Positions 57,493-64,000 of a stretch of 64,000 nt of DNA are shown here, piece by piece (the stretch's first letter is position 1; each line of letters opens with the position of its first letter). Location: positions 9,176,001-9,240,000 of the forward strand of contig CM022678.1 in the NCBI GenBank assembly GCA_012295275.1. Direction: 5' to 3'. The stretch is from Chrysomallon squamiferum. Its lineage: Eukaryota; Animalia; Mollusca. Both the position numbers and the translations under genes were made by a program. A model generated the notes under the pieces. It was given only the letters and a program-made list of their open reading frames with translations, did no database searches and had not been told where the DNA came from.

Positions 57493-59538
57493 AATGACAA
57501 AACACACACACACACACACATAGACTGACAGCAGCATGTACATGTAGATGATGGATAGATAAATAGAACTGACATTGAGATGTGTAGAGATTGGTGTGAT
57601 TTGTTATGTTTAGACAGAAAGGATGACAGAAACATGTACAAATGTATAACTGGGAGATTCTCATGTAGACAGGCAGGTTTATAGAAAGAGATTTTTTATT
57701 GGACTTTTGAAACCAGATTTAAAGATGTATTTAAAAATCACAGTAAATTTAGGAATAAATGATGCTGCATGGATACTGAAATATTTTTAATATTTTGATA
57801 TACAGAATTGTAAAAAGAAATAACCTTGAAAGACTGAGTATATTGAAATATATTTAGTATTTTTAGCTTTTAGGAATTATTTTACTATTAATATGTCATT
57901 GATAATCCAAACAAACAGCTTTCTGTCCACTGCTCTATCCCTGTGTTCATTCATAATGATGTTATCTCCAAAATGTCCTTATTGTGTCTCCCTACCAATG
58001 AATTTACTTGCCTGCCAGTATGTCTGTCTATCTGTCTATCTGTCTATCTATCTATCTATCTATCCATCTATAAAACACACATATACCAACATAAACACTC
58101 TAATCCACTTACTCATGTACAAAAACCCATCCTCTCTCTCTAACACATGAACTTACTAACACTTTCTTACTCATGTACAAAAACCCATCCTCTCTCTCTA
58201 ACACATGAACTTACTAACACTTTATTACTCATACACATATGCCTATCAGCTTAGCTCTCTATATATCTCTGTGTCTGTCTGTATGCCTGTTATCTTAAGT
58301 CTTCCTCTCTGTCAGACTGTCTTGCTAATTATATATCCATCTCATTATACACATCGCTCTGTATGCCTGTTTCTGTGTCTGTCAGTCTATCTCACTAATT
58401 ATATATCCATCTCATTATACACATCTCTCTGTATATCTGTCTCTGTATCTGTCTGTCTGACAAACTTCCAGTCTATCTTTTCATCTATCTCTCAGAAATA
58501 CATACACACTCTTGCACAAACACATTATACATACATACCCATTTTCTCTCAATAATAAGAAAACACATTTCCACACACAGACATATGATGAATGTGACAG
58601 TGTAGGAGGGAGACAGGCAAATACAGATGGTCAAGGAAGGATGAAGTTGTCTTTGTCCTCCCAGTATTGGTCAGTTGTATTTGACAATATGTTTAGTTTT
58701 GAAAAATGTACATTCACTTTAGTGTGAACACTGTCAGTGTATATTAACCGAGAGTCACATTTTGTTGGATTTTTCTTATTTATGATCATCTAAACATCAG
58801 CTTTTTCAAACTTCGGGCTTATCTTGATTCGTTGATCCTATACACATAATGCACTGCTTCTAAGTTACTTCTAAGTAGTCATGGATTTCACTCAACATGT
58901 AATGGTGTTTATAGTCATTTTATTTTAAAGAGTAATTGCTGCTATATAGAGTGGGTAATGGAGTAAAATACTGATTTGTCTTCACAAACATCACACAAAA
59001 GTTCACTCTCTCTGCTGAAAATACAGATACCTGCGTTCATCTGAAGTTTGCGGTTTCTCACAAATTTTATCACCCTGTGATTGAAACAGTCTCTCCTCCA
59101 CTCATCCAGTCTGCTTATTTATATAAACAAGTGTTTAGCAGGTTGATAATAACTAACCTGGTATAGACACAAAATACACGAATAGTTGAATAACACAAAA
59201 ACACTGGATGTGTAAAAGATAGATGAATCAAAGGATAAATGAATAGAGGCACATAATAAAATATTACATTAATGACTTTTATTCTCAGATGCTCTCTACA
59301 GACTACAAACTAATCAGTGTTTCAGTGTAAACTAACACTGCATGTCTCTCTATACACCAAGTTAAACTACTAAGTCAAAGTTTACCATTCTACCTCTTGT
59401 TATCAATATAACATTACCTCAGTCCTTCTTTAATATTCTTATTACAAAAAAGGCTTTAATCTGGAAACCCTTTTGGTATTTTTTGTCTATTTATACAGCA
59501 CTTCTCCTAGTCAAAGAGTGTCGTTAATAATAATAATC

Positions 59539-59574
<36 letters not shown>

Positions 59575-60487
59575 TTAATAATAATAATAATAATAATAAT
59601 AATTGCAATAATAATAATAGCAATAATAATAATAATGATAATGACAATGATAATAATAACAATAATAATAATAATAACAACAACAACAACAACAAAAGAG
59701 AAATAACATTTATTTTATTCTAGAAATTAATAAGGAAAGCAGATATTTCCAAATGAATCCAACCAAAATAAAATAAAACAGTTTCACTGGTCCTGATGAA
59801 GAAACAAAAATAAATATAAATTAAAACAAAATTAAAATCATCAGAGAGCCAGCCATATATTTAGAAATAATGTTTATGAATAAACAAATAAATAAATACA
59901 ATTAAAATAAACAAATAAAACAGAGTTCTGTGATAAATGAATTGTAGCTAGAAATAACCAAACTATAAATCAGTTAAATGTAAAATCACTTTCAGCAAAA
60001 GAAATGCTAAGGGAGGCAACTCTTGGTTGAGACAGTTAAAGTTCATCTGATTTAGAATATGGATTTAATATTTTATACTGATCCTGAATTTGCAATATTT
60101 ATATAGATTTTTGTTCTTGTTTACATACACGAATAACCTGCAAATTTGTCCTTGTGTATGTAAAAGTAATTAAGGTACAAAACCATGCTTATAATTTACA
60201 AGAAAACACAAACCTTTTTTTCCCTAATATTTCTTTTTTTCATTTAGTTCATTACTTATTATATAAAAAAATACATTCAGATTTGGGGTTGGTTGGTACA
60301 ACAACTCTTTTTCCAAAACAACATTATTTCTGAGTAAAACAAAATCTACAAACAAGTTAATTTAATTTCTTTATCAGTACAAATATCAAAAATGAGGCTT
60401 ATCTTAAGAAAAAAAATTATAGATGTTTCACATATCACCATACAATTAAAAAAATAATAAAAGTTTATAAAGCTCTGGCATATTTTC

Positions 60488-60518
<31 letters not shown>

Positions 60519-60618
60519 TTTATATACATGCAAACTTGTACTAATATATATCATTTCTTTTTTAATATATAAACAAATTTCTGTTTAAAATATTCAAAAC
60601 TGTATCACTCCCATAAAT

Positions 60619-60668
<50 letters not shown>

Positions 60669-60801
60669 GAACTTCCACATAAACAACTGTTTAACATTAT
60701 ATTAAAAATAGATTTAAATAAACTAAATAGAGAACATACGTTGTGTCTGTGGACAACAAGTTCCTGAGGGCAGAACCGATGCAGCAGCAACCACGCGGCC
60801 G

Positions 60802-60972
60802 TTTCATTCCTGTACATCGAAGAGAACTGCCATGACGTAGGATTTCATTCCAGTACATCGAAGAGAACTGCCATGAGTAGGATTTCATTCCAGTACATCC
60901 AAGAGAACCGACATGACATAGGATTTCATTCCAGTACATCGAAGATAACCGCCATGAGTAGTATTTCATTCC
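60802..60972. repeat. 40-41-bp minisatellite, about 4.2 copies
   Basis: Unit tttcattccagtacatcgaagagaactgccatga(c)gtagga starting at 60802, 60843, 60883, 60924 and 60964. Confidence 0.9.
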
Positions 60973-61410
60973 GCTCCTAGGACGTCAGATGTACACTGAG
61001 AGATCTGCTCACAACACTGCACGCTCTGTATTCCTCACCACACGACTCAGTCGTTTTTATTTCCCAGTACACTCAGAGTATTAGGCGTCTGTAGCCTAAA
61101 ATAGGATTGGCTTCAGAATATACTGAAAACAGTGATGTACAAAAGGTGGCAAGTCGTGCTTCAGCCCTTCCGATGATCCCGCTGGACAAAGTTGAGGATG
61201 TTTTGACACAGTTGCCGACAGCCCTCAAAACGAAAAGGTAACATTGCTGATAGACTACATCATTAACACCTGGATGAAAGGGACGTGGACTCCAGAAATG
61301 TAGAAACACTCTGGCAATGACTGTCACCGAACAAATAACCACTTGGAAGGATGGCGCCATGAAATCAATCAACTCGCACAGAAGAGTCATCCGACCACAT
61401 CGAGAACTTT
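60960..61410 (+). mobile_element. Mutator-like (MULE) DDE transposase remnant
   Basis: Hand translation across frameshifts: ERSAHNTARSVF...TQSIRR...IGLASEYTENSDVQKVASRASALPMIPLDKVEDV...LIDYIINTWMKGTWTPEM*...RTNNHLEGWRHEINQLAQKSHP. RTNNxxEGW is the MULE catalytic-Glu motif. Confidence 0.85.
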
Positions 61411-61416
61411 AGCGAC

Positions 61417-61758
61417 AATCAACGGAAATATTATTTAAAATAAATCACCTTCGTTTGCTTTTCTTTTTCATTTTTTCATCATTTCTTTCTTTATTTATTT
61501 ACTATTTTGTTTGTTTACTTATTTATTTATTGTGTGTTTTGTTGTTCTCTCATGTATGCACTTCTCTTTGAATATTTAATTTCTTGTACATTTTGTAACA
61601 ATTGTAGTCTCCGTTATTGTCATTATTGTACGTTTTGCGTTCATAATGAATCGTGGAACTGAATTATGGAGACAATTAATGTATTACTGAAATTTGAATA
61701 AAAATGTAGAAAGAAAGCAAACGAAGGTGATTTATTTTAAATAATATTTCCGTTGATT
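61417..61758. mobile_element. 342-bp MITE/foldback-like element with perfect 45-bp inverted ends
   Basis: 61417-61461 (aatcaacggaaatattatttaaaataaatcaccttcgtttgcttt) is the exact reverse complement of 61714-61758. No TSD is visible. Confidence 0.7.
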
Positions 61759-62055
61759 TTTATATTGAATAGTTTGTTGTATTAACATACAGAGAGATAG
61801 ACACACAGACATACGACATAAGGATAGGTTTATACCAGAGCGTTAAAACTTAGGTATATTGCTGTATATCATTTTAAAATTTTAATTTGTTTTATTTATT
61901 TGTAATACCAACAACATAACCACTGAAACGAACTCTTACTGCTAACAAGTGCACTGCGGTACAGAAGTAGTTCGTTGTTATCTTTTGACTCACACAATGT
62001 CAACCAGGTAAAAGGGAATTTAATGAGTACCGGGACGTAGATAGATCCTAATTAG

Positions 62056-62533
62056 TATACAAGTTTTTCTACGTCCCAAAGATACAGCGTCAGATATATT
62101 AACAAGAAATCCCGCGATACAGAATTCATTTTAGCACCATTTATACAAGTTGTTCTACGTCCCAAAGATACAGTGACAGATATATTAACAAGAAATCCCG
62201 CGACGTAGAATTCATTTTAGCACCATTTATACAAGCTTTTCTACATCCCAAAGATACAGTGACAAATATATTAACAAGAAATCCCGCGACGTAGAATTCA
62301 TTTTAGCACCATTTATACAAGCTTTTCTACATCCCAAAGATACAGCGTCATATATATTAACAAGAAATCCCGCAACGTAGAATTCATTTTAGCACCATTT
62401 ATACAAGCTTTTCTACGTGTCAAAGATACAGTGACAGATAGATTAACAAGAAATCCCGCGACGTAGAATTCATTTTAGCACCATTTATACAAGTTTTTCT
62501 ACGTCCAGGGCCATACAATGACAAATATATTAA
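62056..62533. repeat. 86-bp minisatellite, about 5.5 copies
   Basis: tatacaag unit starts at 62056, 62142, 62228, 62314, 62400 and 62486; each full unit contains aagaaatcccgc and gaattcattttagcaccat. Confidence 0.95.
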
Positions 62534-63835
62534 GGTGGTATTTAATTGAGTTCTCTACAAATGATGTTACTTTTAATGTTACTAGCTGTTTTTATGAATA
62601 CAGTGTGACTGATATGTAATAACGAATATTTTGTACAGAATACTATTACAGGGATGATTTTTACACGGCATAATGGAAAACGAGTTTGGTAATTTACATG
62701 ATATTTTAGATATTTAGATATTTAGGATTTCTTCGATAATACAGTTACGTAGATCTAATACTACGCTGTAAATTACAATAAAAGGTGAAGAAGTAATATT
62801 AACCAAATATGTTTAAAAATTCAGCTGTTTCCAGACTAAAGTCCCTTGTCTTATTAACATAATGAGATTAAAGACGAGGTTCTAGAATAAAAGTGAAAAA
62901 ATGCTGGATTACGTTGATATAAATGTATTTGTGATTATACATTTCGGTTCCATAAACAAGAGATTCTCATGTAATTAATGTGGATAACGGAATATCACAT
63001 TAAACTTTTCGTCTATGTTTAATAACTCAAAAGTTTATTGAGTATTGTATATTTAAAAACAAAGATATTGTCCGTGAGGAATTATCATCATTTTAATCCA
63101 TAGTGATTTTTTTAGCATGTTTTTCAAACTGAATCCAGTTTATTCTACAAACAATTTCTACTGACTGAAAAGAAAACAAAGTAAATTCCGTCTCTGAATT
63201 TCTTGTTATCTGTGTGAAAACCTAAAATGCTCATCACATTAAATACTGATAATTGTTTTTGAGGAGTTATTTTTTTTAATTTAATTTATTTATTATATTT
63301 ATTCCTTTTATTTTTTTATACGACTTTTTAAAATTTGTTTAATTCATTAAATATTATTTTTTTATGATTCTAATAATTTTATTATATTATTCCTTTACAC
63401 TGAGATGGATTGTATAAACTGACTTGCATAAATTTGGTTATTGCTTTAATTCGAGGTGAATTTAGTGTATTTTTTAAATAAGTAAGAAAGTAAATAAATA
63501 AGTATATATATATATATATAAAGGAAGAGAAACTATGTTTATAAATTAATTTTTCAGTGTTTATTTGTTATTATTCACGCAATGTTTATCGTTGGAAAAC
63601 AAATGTATACATATTAAAATATCACCTATTTCTCCTCTGCTGCTAGTACATAAAATATGCAGGTCAAGTTAAGGGTAGAAACGTTCATGATAAAGTAAAC
63701 TGATCTATTCATAATAAAACATTTAAATTGTATTCGATGATTTAGTCGTATAAACGGTTGTGATTTTTGTATGTGAGAATTATTATATATATATATATAG
63801 CTTGTTTAATTTGTAGTCTTGATTATTGTTGTTAC

Positions 63836-63869
<34 letters not shown>

Positions 63870-64000
63870 TATATAATTAAACAGTGATTGACAACAAAAT
63901 ATCATATTAATAACGCGGGATTTTTGTAATATCACGTTTTCTTTTTATAATCTCTAACATTGTTTACAAAACATTTCTCTCGCAGTTCCTCTCTATATTT

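Larger units (their letters stand above)
44105..58690. repeat. Right arm of giant imperfect inverted duplication
   Basis: Same anchors as the left arm. Arm-specific indels: left-only ~15560-16660 and ~24606-24990; right-only ~47520-49020. Confidence 0.95.

Noticed and set aside
48433-62533. CRISPR-like arrays (61-, 41- and 86-bp periodic repeats)
   Set aside because: The units are head-to-tail with no unique spacers, there are no cas genes, and the context is eukaryotic.

Overview
Very AT-rich, microsatellite-dense animal genomic DNA, most likely molluscan (inferred from the TRIM architecture, the LINE types and mosaic CpG depletion), with a 200-N scaffold gap at 26847-27046. Only one intact protein-coding gene is supported: a two-coding-exon RING + coiled-coil + NHL-like beta-propeller (TRIM-like) gene on the minus strand (31220-30935 spliced in frame to 30626-29146, 588 aa). 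It appears to lack B-boxes. The dominant structure is a giant imperfect inverted duplication: about 9545-25240 is the reverse complement of about 44105-58690, enclosing a ~19-kb spacer that holds the TRIM-like gene. A third, internally deleted copy of the adjacent sequence sits at the window start. Each arm carries an intron-containing pseudogene fragment of CAMSAP/patronin, recognised by hand-translating exons, with a Tx1/L1-type LINE fragment in one intron. Further decayed exons of unidentified origin follow it. Also present are decayed LINE fragments (~600-3100), a Mutator-like transposase remnant (~60960-61410), a 342-bp element with perfect 45-bp inverted ends, several minisatellites and a short hairpin. 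Most ORFs in the supplied track are simple-repeat artefacts. All identity levels and family assignments were made by eye or from memory of the families, not by alignment or database search.
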